DNA of 64,000 bases from Gonapodya sp. JEL0774 (Eukaryota): positions 1 through 64,000 of the forward strand of contig JADIIX010000003.1 of assembly GCA_027604505.1 (NCBI GenBank), given 5' to 3'. The translations under genes were made by a program, and so were the position numbers. A model generated the notes under the pieces. That model saw nothing but the letters and a program-made list of their open reading frames with translations, ran no database searches and was not told where the DNA came from. Each line of letters opens with the position of its first letter. Positions within the stretch are counted from its first letter, which is position 1. Of this stretch, positions 9,596 to 20,980 are shown piece after piece.

Positions 9596-12500
9596 CTACT
9601 CCTCATCTTCCAAAGGGATTCGACTTGACTCGCTGACCAGGACAACTTCCACATTATCGAGCAACGATGTTGCTTGTTCACCCATCGCCTCAGCAATGAT
9701 TCCATGATCCCCGCCTCTAGTAGCCTCCGAGGTGCTTGCTACACTCGCGAGGCTACTTGTCGCGCCAGCGAACGCATTGGGTGGCCCACGTGACGAAGTC
9801 TTCGATGCTTTCTTCGTAGTAAGAGCACGGAAGGACTCAATGTGTTGGAAGACCTTTTCAAAGGATGGAAATCAGATTGCTTCAATTCCGGATTTGTCGC
9901 AAACTCTCACCTTCAACATGTTTGCACCTTCATACAGATCATTCGGCTCAAACTTTGCATACTTGTTACCCATGACGGAAGTAGCCTCAACATAGTTCCT
10001 GATATTTTCCTTTACCACAAGGTTATTAATCAAGATAAATCGCTCACCCCAATCGAAGGACTTACCATGTGAACCATCCTAAACTTGCCAGATCTCATTG
10101 ATGCTTTACCGCCAACACCATTCACGAGTTTGCACAGAACGGTACCATCTTTCAGCCACTCTTGGGTCGTCCGCTCGCCTTTCTGCTCTCCAACCACGGA
10201 TTCAATCCATTCCACAACCTGAGTCTCCAAATCCTGACCGATGACCTTTGTCGGAAGGTGGAAATTCGGATTGTAGGTCGAAGTGTCAATCTCGTGCTCT
10301 ACCAGTTCCTCAGACGGCGTTCGTTTCACTGGCTTCGGAGGCACCACTGGTTTGGAAGAGGGTACCGGTGGCCGAGTCTTGAACGACGGGGCGGGCTTCT
10401 CGCCCACAGTTTCAACCGGATCCTTGAGCTCCACATGCTCTGTCACATCTGGGACAGACCTGGGCTTTGGTTTAAGTCTTTCGATCTGGACCCCACCCAT
10501 GCCTCCGAAGACATTTCGCCCTCCCAATCGCGCCAGCTTCGCTGCTCTCTCTGCAGCCCTCTTGGCTTCTTGATCCTCCGGCGTTTCTTCAATCACGGTC
10601 CCATCCAACTGATCGTCAGTTAAAGAAGCAGTAAGAATATCCGCACTCTCCCGAACAGTCTCCTCACTCAACACATCAGGATTGGTGGGCAATGACACGC
10701 CCCCTAACATGCTCACTCCACCGATTCGACGTAGGAGGGACTCTTTATCCACAGGGGTCTGTTTCTCGATTTCGGAGACAGCTTCCGAATCATTTTCTGC
10801 CTCGACTGTTTGTAGAGATTCAGGTACCTCCTCCGGTTCACTTGCCGGAGAGCTGACAGCAGGCGCCACAGAAGAATGTTTACGGGCTTTCAACGCAATC
10901 CGTGATTTTGCTGCCTATATTGTAGGTGCCATTGGCCACATGGGTTTGACAACAACACCGACAAGGCAGAACTCACCGTGGAGGCCTTGACTTCTGCGAC
11001 CGCCACTATCCCTGCAAAAACGTCTTTCTTGGTTTCTTCTTTTGCCACATCGTCGCTCAGTGCCTTGACACTGGGTTCTCGAGGAACTCCGACCACGCTA
11101 GGTTCAACTTCCGGAGTGGACGCTTGTGGATTGAAAGCTCCAGGCGATTCCAAACTATGAGTTTTAACTGCAGGTTCAATGTTCTCGTCCTCCATTTCTG
11201 TTGCTAGCTCCACAGTGACAGGAGTCAATCGTTCGCTCACATCATTACGCGCCACAGAGACGGTCACGGCCAAGGGTTGCTTGTCAACAGGGCCCGCAGC
11301 CGGCGACACCGAGTTACGGCTGAACGAAGTTTGTTGGTCAAGAGTCACAGCTGTCGGGGGTGGTGCGGAAGTCTCCTTCTCATGCTCCACGCCATGAGAG
11401 GCTGAACGCTGTTTGTGGTGCTCGACGCTGCCGGTTCGCGACAGTCCATTGTCTCCGATAACCTTGATCTTCCCCATTCGTGCCAGCCGTGCAATTCTTT
11501 CCTCCCTAGCTCGCTTCGCCTCCGCAAATTCCTGAGGGTCATAAGCCTCGTCATGGTGTTTCTGTGATAAGTCTTCCTCCTCCACCCGTTCAGGTGCTGC
11601 CTCCTCTTTCATCGCTTCGGGTTCTTTTCCCTGGTCGATGCTCGTCGTCCTCCCGTGAGCACCTTCTGGTCTAACCTTTATCTTTCCCATCCTTGCCAAC
11701 CGCGCCATTCGGTCCTCCCGAGCACGTTTAGCTTCTTCAACTGGGTCCGACGGGTCGTAAACCTCGAGAGTCTCCGTTAGCGCCTCCGGCACAAAGTTCG
11801 AGGCAGGGGCAGGAGAGGCGTCTCCCGCCAATTGAGGACTATTTGCAATATCAGAGGCAGCTACATCCTGTTCAGTTTTGTTCCTCGAAACCGGAAGCAT
11901 CCCCCCCATCACACCAACGCCACCCATCCTTGCGATTCGCGACGCCCTTTCACGTCGCTCGTTCTCTACTTTCAAAGCGACTTCCTCAGCGTTCAATTCC
12001 CCGGGAGGAGTCACAGTCGAAGCGTCTGTTGGGTCAACAATCCCAGCAGTCGAAGGCTCTAGTGGGGGAACACCGGAAGAAGAACCAACTTGCAGCTCTA
12101 ATGAGCCTGTCCTTCGTGCAACTACCGGGGGCGGGGACTCATGACCTTGCTTCGCCTGCGCAGCGCTGGAATCAGATCCAGAGTTCGAAGAATCGGCTGA
12201 CTTGACGGCACCAAGGCCAAGCTCTACTGATGCTCCACCAGAGCCAAACCGTCTTAAAGCAGGAAGGGGACCCCCTCCAAACACACTAACACCTCCCATC
12301 TTGGACAGTCTCTCCTTTCTTTCCCTGGCTTTAATCTCTTCGTCGTCCTCAATAGTCAGCTCGATTTCTCTAGCTCCCATGGCCACGGGCACGTTTCCCA
12401 CAGAAGGTGTCGACGAAGCAGGAGAAGATATTACCTGGCGTGAATCATCCACCACTGAGTCCGAAGAGCGGGTCGGTCGAGCAGGCACAGGTGGGGTTTC

Positions 12501-14347
12501 GTCTGGCGACTGCTTTTTGTTAGTTGCTGAACCCAAATTATCGTCCGAGCCAGGGAAATAACCAAGATCCGAAAAGTTCGATCCCAGATCAATTTTAAGA
12601 GACTCGAGTTGGATGTTCGGAACTGCTCTCCTTGCATTTGTGACTGCCTCTCGACCCAATGACTCCGACCGATCCTCTATCTCATCACTAGCATCGCGGA
12701 AGTGGATCTCTTCCTCCTCCTCCACGCTGGCCAGAGACGCACTTGCTGATCCTGACGGTGGAGCAACACGAGCTGGACTCGCAGGGGCCGAGCTCGCAGC
12801 CGATCCCGGTAGGCTCGAGGGAGGAGTGCCTCCAAGTCCCCAGGCAGAAGAAGGGAGCACAACCGGGCTCGGCGGTACTGAACCAGGGCGGAATGAGGTG
12901 GGAGTTGGAGGTGGAGCCGGCGGGAGGAATGGAGTGAGCGGGGAAGGAGGCACAGACGGGAAAGCCGCAAAGTTTGGGCTCGGTGGCTGGTTGATGTTGA
13001 GCAACGGCGGCAACGGCGGTGTAAGATGCGCTGGCGAAGAGGAATCGGGCGAGGGGTGTGCACGCTGGGCAGCAAGTGCAGCGAGTGGAGGGCCGAGCTG
13101 TCGGAGGTTCGGCGGGCGTCTTGGCGGGGGAATGGGACCTCCGACGAATTCCTCGGCAGAAGACGATACACCGGGTGGACGAGGCACAGGAAGATGAGAG
13201 TTAGGCTGCTGTATCTGCTGGGACGAAATCCCACGAGGTGGATGACCTGGGTACGGTTGTGCGAGGCTGCCAGAACTGTATTCGGAGTAGGCCGTCTGAG
13301 GGTACCCGGATGGGACAGCAGATGAAGCGATGACCCTTGGAGGAAGCATCGAGGAGGAAGGAGAATTCGCGAACGGTGGTGGAGATGGATTCACTGAAGG
13401 GATTTTATGAACACAAGTAAGTGTGCAATCCGCCGGCAACGCAAGCTTCGAGACAAAGTAACCAGGAAAGTGGATGCCGCTTGAGATCTTCAAAACGACA
13501 TCTTCCACATTCCGTTGTCTTTCATGTCTGTTCCAAAAGACGTGAAGTTCTCCCCTCTACCCCCCTACCCTTCCCCCCCCCCAAACCGTGTCTCGAGAAG
13601 CAGAGTGCCCACGAACCCTCAATTATTTTATTATTCACCTTTGCTCGGGGTTTGTGGTCCGGGGCCTGTTTTCGTGCGATAGGGGGACATGGCGAGTAGG
13701 TAAGGAGGATGAAAGACTCTCTGAGCACTTGCAAAAAGGGTTCATGGCGTATTATCTAAGAACAATACTACATACCATGTTCATGGGCGTCGGCGCTGTT
13801 GCGGATCACAGTCCGGGATTGATTGTGTGGCGTTGTTCATGTAAGATGGTGGATCAATCTGATGTTCGCTCTACCAAACCAACCTAACATACTCCTCGTA
13901 TCCTCCATAAGCTTGCTGCTGATTTCTATTTTTCTTGGCCATGGCGGGCATCCGGAAACCCCCCGTGCTCGCCGATGTCAACTGCACTGGGGCATACTCT
14001 TGGTTTTGCGAATCGGTCCATCCTCCGCCGTGCTGTCGAGGCGGCGACTGTTGATAGGTATACTCCTGACTGTACTGCTGCTGTTGGGATGATGCCTCAG
14101 GCGGGTGCTGAGGTTGACCGTGATACGTTGCTTGACCTAGTTGCGGATTCGCAGGTGGCGATGAACTGTCGTCTTTTCCCTGTTTCTTGCCAAACATGCC
14201 GGCAAAGAGACCCTTCTTTTTCTTGCCATCAGCGTCGTCACGATCCTTGTCTCTGCCGCTGAGCATTGGGGAGTTCTTCAGTGTATTATGTTTCGGGTGG
14301 AGATCGGATGACCTTTGTGCAACCTGCTCTGCGGTCCCTTGCTTCAT
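9596..14347 (-). CDS. Large proline-rich actin-cytoskeleton protein with a C-terminal calponin-homology (CH) domain and six repeated R-x-x-R/K-M/L-G motifs; multi-exon
   Basis: CH domain: QVVEWIESVVG...WLKDGTVLCKLVN...HM|ENIRNYVEA...FEPNDLYEGANMLK|VFQHIESF. Long in-frame exons at 10030-10893 and 10890-13400. The 5' exons (MKQGTAEQ..., 14347) are joined tentatively. Stop at 9596-9598. Confidence 0.7.
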
Positions 14348-14493
14348 TTTCAATGGCTTTTCAATGGGGATCTGAAAATAAAGCCACTCACTAAGATTAC
14401 AAAAGGATGAGACCACAAAGAATAACCGTGCTGAAAAATGCTTAAAAGTGCTTCTGCGCTGTGCCGGACTAGAATTATCCCGAACCCTTTCTC

Positions 14494-15372
14494 TCAAGTA
14501 TGTTTCACTTTCAAGTCGTCCTGTGATTTATGTTTCTGGTTCTCCGCAGTAGTCGCTTCAGCCTCCTCCTTTGGTACTCCACCCTGCACCTCTCGTTCAC
14601 GCTCATTCTCGGCTCCCGCATCCACACCGTCACGGTCAACAACATCATCCCCATCCAAGTCAGAACCACCCAAACCCCCGGGATTAATGAGAGCGCCAGC
14701 AGCGGCCGCAGCTTGCATCGCTGCCGCAGCGGCGGCTGCAGCGGATGCCGCGTCGTGGTCTCCAACATCACCAGATCCATTGTGTGTCCCGTGAAGTTGT
14801 TGGAAGACAACGAATGAGTGCGCGGCGGGATGCTCAGAGGGATCCATGACGATAGATTGTTGGTAGAGTGGTTGAGCAGTTGCTGCCATGCCGAGCAGTG
14901 CGACACCACCATGGTGGTGGAGACCACCTGACGCTGCAAGGCGCACAGAAGTGTCTCCATGGCGTTTGAGAATGTTTGAAACGGTTTGTTGGGTGATTGT
15001 GACGCCATGGCGCTCCTGAACCATTCGGACAGCGTCAATTTGGCGACGAGACGGCTCTTCCACCAGCCACTGAAAAATCTCGTCCTCAAGCTCAAGAGAG
15101 CACTTTGGCGGCTTCCCTGCCTTCCGAAGAATGGGTGCGCTGTTGTCAGGTGGGTCGGGCATGGCCAACCATCGATACATTGTCCTTAGGGAAACCTGGT
15201 ACGCCTTAGCAATATCTTTTGCGGAGAGTGTAGTGTTCTCTTTTAAGTATTTGCAGACCTGGATGAGCTGGCGACGATCCAGCTCAGGCAAACCGGACGA
15301 GGGGGGAGCATGGACAGTGACCGTATGTGGGTTTGGCGCGATATTGAGTTGATGCTCGTTCTCAGCGTCCAT
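14494..15372 (-). CDS. Helix-turn-helix DNA-binding protein derived from the Tc1/IS630 transposase N-terminus, with no DDE domain
   Basis: LSAKDIAKAYQVSLRTMYRWL (HTH1), the GKPPK AT-hook-like linker, and EEPSRRQIDAVRMVQERHGVTITQQTVSNILKRHG (HTH2), followed by His, poly-Ala and acidic low-complexity sequence. Confidence 0.75.
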   Translation of the reverse strand: MDAENEHQLNIAPNPHTVTVHAPPSSGLPELDRRQLIQVCKYLKENTTLSAKDIAKAYQVSLRTMYRWLAMPDPPDNSAPILRKAGKPPKCSLELEDEIFQWLVEEPSRRQIDAVRMVQERHGVTITQQTVSNILKRHGDTSVRLAASGGLHHHGGVALLGMAATAQPLYQQSIVMDPSEHPAAHSFVVFQQLHGTHNGSGDVGDHDAASAAAAAAAAMQAAAAAGALINPGGLGGSDLDGDDVVDRDGVDAGAENEREREVQGGVPKEEAEATTAENQKHKSQDDLKVKHT

Positions 15373-15724
15373 CACGTTGAGATGATTGGAACAGTGGACG
15401 GAGCCTTGAAGAAGTGCCGAGGGGCTTAACGCGCTGATTTGGGAGTGAGTGCGGTTTCCGTGAGGTTTGGCGCTTTTTCTACTCCACAGCTGCTGCGCAA
15501 AGAGTTCCGCTGTCGGACTTGGTGATCGGTACAATCGTCTGCAATAAGAAAGTCAAGAGTGAAGTCGCGCAGATGAGAAGACAAGGCCCGGGTGCTCACA
15601 ATTAGCGATGGCAATCGTTTTGTCACGAGGTTTTGTGTGGCAGCAACAGCATAGAGGTTCGGCTAAACACTAATAAGCATTCAAACTTTTTCAATTTCAT
15701 CAACCGCCAACTAAGAGGTCACAC

Positions 15725-16732
15725 ATGGTTCGCAACAAATCTCAAATTCCTGTCAAGAACGCGGTGCCGGCAGCGGTTACTGAGCTGGAAAGGGAGGAGC
15801 AGAGTGAAAAGGACCTCGAAGACGAAGTACAAATACCAACATCGTCGAAACCGAAGAAACGAAAGGCTGACGACCTGCACGAGCATGTTGAACAGACAAA
15901 GGGCGATACTACCGAGAATGATACTGGGGAAGGTGAACACCACACTGTTGGTGAGAAACGTGTGACAAGCCGCGCAAAGCGAAGAATGGACAGCCACGAG
16001 CTAGAACACGGAAATGTGCAGCAGACCTCGGCGCTCACTGCATCTACAGAGCTCCCTCTTGCACGACAAGACGACTCACGTGAGCACTTTGAGGAAACTT
16101 CCCCCATAATCGGTACAGCTCCTGCAAAGAAGACATCTTCTTCAGCTGCGACAAAGAAGAAAAATTCTTCGTCATCATCTGAACCAAAGTTTGGTGACTC
16201 GCGAATACCCGAAATTCGCTCCGTTGAAGAGCTTCGAAGGGCTGTTGAGAGTCCCGACACAATCAACTCCAAGACTCTTGTGATAGTGGAGTTTGGCGTC
16301 AAGCGAGGAAAACCATGCCAAGGCGAGTACAAGACTTGATGTCCCTTCAAGACACTTGGCTGGACAGCAAAGCCGCTTTGTATTTTGTGGATAACTCGAG
16401 CTCGGAGAGATAGTGCTGTAACTCTACTATCTGCAACCCACCAGCTACACTCCCTTTTGCATTCCGATAATTTTGCTTGTGATCACCACAGAAGTCCTCA
16501 CCGTGGTGCCTTTCAACCTGCAGTCATCCACTCCTATCTCTCCTCTCTCTCGCTCCATAACATTTCGGTCCTCAAGGTGGACCACGACCGCAGCTCCGCA
16601 GTCTCCCACAAGTGCAACGTATCATACTTCCCCACTGTCAAATTCTGGCGTGATGGAGTACCACTCGCAGCTGAACACCGTGGAGCAGATACTGTAGAAC
16701 TTGAGAAAGTGTTGAAGCTGCTTCTAAAATAG
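15725..16732 (+). CDS. Thioredoxin-fold protein with a long disordered N-terminus and a degenerate active site
   Basis: KTLVIVEFGVKRGKPCQ replaces VVVDFxAxWCGPC. The second exon reads SVLKVDHD...CNVSYFPTVKFWRDG...HRGAD (cis-Pro loop). Probable GC donor at about 16323. Confidence 0.75.
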
Positions 16733-16971
16733 CTAAAATAGGGTCAAGTTCGATGGAACTGGACTTTCATAGACATTCATTAACACTGACATACTTCTGG
16801 CAATGCAGAACATGTTTGAAACTTTATCAAATTGTCCCAATCGTTCACTAATCTAGCGTGGCATGCAAAATTATCGAGAAGTGTGCCCTATCTATGAACT
16901 TTCTATGTGGGCTCCTGTGTGAGTATTGTTCGATTTGCAACCGTCCCCCAACCCTTACAAACATTCGCATC

Positions 16972-19618
16972 TCACAATTTGGGCTTCAAACCTTCACTCT
17001 CCTCGGCCAGCTTTTCCAATTCCCTCATGTCCTGCACTGTCACTCTCTTGTTGGGCAAAAGAGAGCTTCCTTTGCCCCTTCTCGGAACACGCTCCGAAGG
17101 CACACCGAGTTCCCGGGCAACAACGGAGGCTACGCGGGGTTCGCAGAACGTGCCTTGACACCGACCCATTCCGGCGCTTTCGATGGAGAGGAAATCGAGT
17201 TCAGTAACCGCAGATTCCAAGTGGTGAATGGCAAGCCCGTACTACACAAAGTGAAGCTGCAACGTGATTTGCACTCACCGAGTTCTTCGCTTCACGGCAT
17301 CCGTCGAGAAACACGGCAATGGGCGGTGAATACTGCACGCAATCGCATATGGTCAAATCTCAAACTCTTCGCGGAAATAAACCACCCAGCAACTCACGCG
17401 TCCACAATTTCAGATTCGCTCACCCTCTCACACCTGCAAATAATGTTCCACTGCGGTCCCCTCTTGTCGTCCACCTTCCCGTCCCAATCATCTGACTTCT
17501 TGTTAATAATTGCCCGTCTTTCGCGATCCCACTTGTCCTTACGCTTCCATGATTCCACACCTAGAACGTCCCCACAGTTGGTGCGGAGGACTTCTTCTAC
17601 TAGGAGGGCAATGGCTGGACTCGCAGTGAGGCCAGGAGAGTCAATGCCCGCTACGTTAACAAAGTTGGCGCAATTCGGATGCGGGGCGACGATGAAGTCT
17701 TTGGTAGAGGACTTAGCACGAAGGCCTGTGTAAGAGGTAATAGCTTCAGAGGGGTCGAAGTGAGATCTGAGATTGGCCAGGCATGTCTATGAGGGATAAA
17801 TGCAATCATCGCCAATTCACGACGGTTGCTCACGTTGTTCTCCGAGCATTCCTCAATATCATTTTTAACACCTCCTTGTTCGATAGCTGTTCTGACATCT
17901 CGCGACTTGTTGGCCCCAGGAGGAGGTTCCCGTGGTAGGTCTGTGAAACGAGAATACCCTTGCCCAAACGCTTGTCGGGCAACGGGAACAAAACGCAGTT
18001 CGCGGCTTCCGCCTGGCTCCGATCGAGAAGGATATACTCCCCTGATAATTGAGGTACCGGGAGAGGCAGGGGGGTTGAAGATCACACATGCGCCATGTAC
18101 AAAATCCAAGACCGCCGCGGCTTCACCTTTCCTAGGTTCGATCCTGAATCCAGGCTCTCCAACCATTCTCGCGATGTCACCACTGGCTAATCCCGCGCAA
18201 TTGATAACGACTTTGCACCGAAAACCATATTCGGCACCTTCGTCCCGATTCGTGTGAACAACAAAGCCTTCATGATCCGCATTTTGTGAGAAGATAGACC
18301 CAGGAAGAATTGAGTCGCCATCCTGATGTGCAGCTGACTGGCTCTGTGAAATAGTTTCCTCGATCACTTCACGACGCTTCGGATTAAATGGAATGTTGAG
18401 CTCTCGCATCGCTTGAGCAAGATCTTGGGAAAAGGTGGGCTTCAAGGGAGAGCGAAGTTCCGGCTCCACGTAGCTTCGTTGTATGTCTGTGACCTCATGT
18501 TCCAAGAGAAGAGTGACGCCGTTGTGAACGGCATTCTCGAAAAGGGCGATACAGAACTGGAGGGACAGGGGAAAGCCATCAAAAAGGCATTCATAGGGGA
18601 GAATCAGTCTATAAGTGGGTCAATAGACGAAACGTAAACCGATTACTGACCTCATATGGGCTGGTGATGCCGACCGTTGGGCAGTAGAGCGCAGATAATA
18701 CATCTGGATTGATATGTGGCTCCAGTTCCAGCACCCGCTCTTTTCCAATGATTTCGAGTTTTTCCACCCCGTTCTTCTTCCCATTTGCATATAGCCGCTT
18801 CAACTCCTGCAAGCTGGCCTCGTTTGCGGCCTGCGCCTCGGCAGGGTTTGAGGCAGTGTTCTTGAAAGCAATTACAAGTGCCCCGACTTCCCGGAATCCA
18901 AAATGAAGTTCAGAATCCAAGTTCTTGAACATCCGGTTGCCCTTGTAGCAGACCTTGCTCTTCAGAGTTCCGTGTTCCTCGTCAAAGCCTCCATGAACAA
19001 TCCCAGAGTTTGCCTTTGAAGCACCTTGGGCGACGTCCGCAGATTTTTCCAACGCAAGAATGCTGAGAGAGTACCGAGAGAGTTGACGGGCAATCGCACC
19101 CCCGACAACGCCTGCTCCAATCTGTGATCCGATTTATGGGTTTGCATGAACGTGGTGAAATGTGTAGAGCGAGCAGGAGACGTTGCATCATCAATGGTGG
19201 CACCAAAAGCCACAGTGATGAGTGTTCCAAAGAGAGAATAAGCTGGTGTGCTCAATTTGCAACTCACGATGATTACATCCCAAACCCGATCCCGCAAATC
19301 TTCATCAAAATCGACGTCCGGATCAAGAAGCATGTTCTTCGATATTTCTACCGCATCGTCCGTGTTTCCGGGCCAGTGGAGATGTTTTCTTTGGCCGGCC
19401 GTGGTGCCAGAGGTGCTGTTCATCGAGACAAGCTCGCTGAGCCGGTTCGACGATGACCTTGAGCTCTCTCGACTCTCGGCACTGCAGAATGGCTCTCCAT
19501 TCGAAGAGCATTCTGCAGACGATGGTAGGCGGTATTGCCGACGACGAGATTTCGTGTGGTCACCATCATCCTGGGTTTGAGCCAGTCGATTCGCTACGAG
19601 GTCCTCGATATCACGCAT
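16972..19618 (-). CDS. FAD-dependent oxidoreductase (GlpA/LhgO-like, DAO fold) with a C-terminal BFD-like [2Fe-2S] domain; multi-exon
   Basis: DVII|IGAGVVG (FAD binding), GASKANSGIVHGGFD, VINCAGL, RK|GEYILLD, GKGILVSQTYHGNLLLGPT, GIDSPGLTASPAIA, IICRCERVSESEIVDA and AGMGRCQGTFC. The start codon is uncertain. Confidence 0.85.
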
Positions 19619-20980
19619 TTCGGGAACTGATGAAATACGAATATGAGCGATTGGACTGGAGCTTGGCGGTGAATTCTTCAGCAAGCGTTTGACGCCTGAT
19701 TGTAGTTTCGACTGATGCAGATCTGTGATATGTGGTATGCCATAAAACGCCGAACGACTGGCAGGACCCAAATAAAACACCCGCCGAAAACACATACACA
19801 CAGTACCGAGACACAACAGTTTCACTACTATTTCAGTAATTTTTCGATAATGTATCTAAATACTTGACTGAAAATGATCTGTACAGGTTGTCCCCTCCGG
19901 ATCGCTCGGGCAAAAGTCTATTACGATCCAGCCAGTGTAACGCTTGCCAATTCATACGCCGGATTCAAAGTCGAAGACTCTATCTTTCTTTGGTATCGAG
20001 ATCACGAAAGCGCTTCCATCTATACATACTTTTTCACTAATGGGGGTTGTAAAGAAATATAACTATCATTTTGACCAACAACCATCACTGAAACTGCTGA
20101 AGGTGCACGAAACTCAATTCGGCAAGTGAGGGTAACAGGTAGTTGATTGGTTTTACAATCGATGCAAGGGCGGTCCAAGTGATCGTCCGCTTCACTAACC
20201 GGGACGATATGCCAAAAGAAGTTATTGGCCTGAGATGCCGAGACGGAGGAAGAACTTGAACATAAGATGGAGCAATCGCGTATCATAAGTAAGCCCATTA
20301 TAAATGGGTCAGCATTAGCATGAGCTTTTGGGCCATCGAGCCCATGATTCATGTGATTTATTTACCCCAAAAATCAACCGGGGTTCGGAACCCTTCCGTG
20401 CATTCCTTCCGTCCCCAAAAACGAGTGGGGCCAGGGGGCAAACCTTGATTTGATTTTCTCATATTTGAACCTACAGTCACCCATCGAAACTCTGAAAGTC
20501 TTTGAATCGTGCATCGCTACCCAACTCATCAGCTTTCCCCCCCTTCGCTGGTGAGGACTTGCTGTTGCGTTCGCTGCGGGAGAACCAGTGACAAGTTCTT
20601 CCCCCAATAACTCGTTCTGGAATTGCATCATCACGATCTCTGGCTGCCACTCCGTTTCAAATCGACACACATCCCCTCCTTGTTTATCTGCACTGTTCTT
20701 TTGCGTGCTCTCCTTGGCTGCGTCCAGTTTCACATCCGAGTCCCCCTTTGAAAATAGTCAAGCAGCACAACCCGTTCCTGGTGACTGTACTGCCGGTTAG
20801 ACAAACAACCGGTGAGTTAAATAGCACTGTCTTTATCAAATTCACGATCTTGTGCATTGTGTGGGTCGTTGATGCCGTGGGAGACTTGGATCTTGTCACC
20901 TTTGGTGACGGTGTGTATTCTTGAGAATCTCGATCTCATCAACCTTTTCCTCGATCTAGTCGCATTTCTCGGTTCCTACT

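Noticed and set aside
14494..15534. Active Tc1/IS630 transposon
   Set aside because: No DDE domain, terminal inverted repeats or TA duplication were seen.
16858..17733. 291-aa plus-strand ORF, and similar antisense ORFs at 12613-13197, 15742-16350 and 43366-44028
   Set aside because: These are shadows of well-supported genes on the opposite strand and have no motifs of their own.
19870..20900. Short ORFs between the oxidoreductase and OLE1
   Set aside because: I could not build a consistent spliced model or recognise a domain. This may be promoter DNA or a decayed gene.
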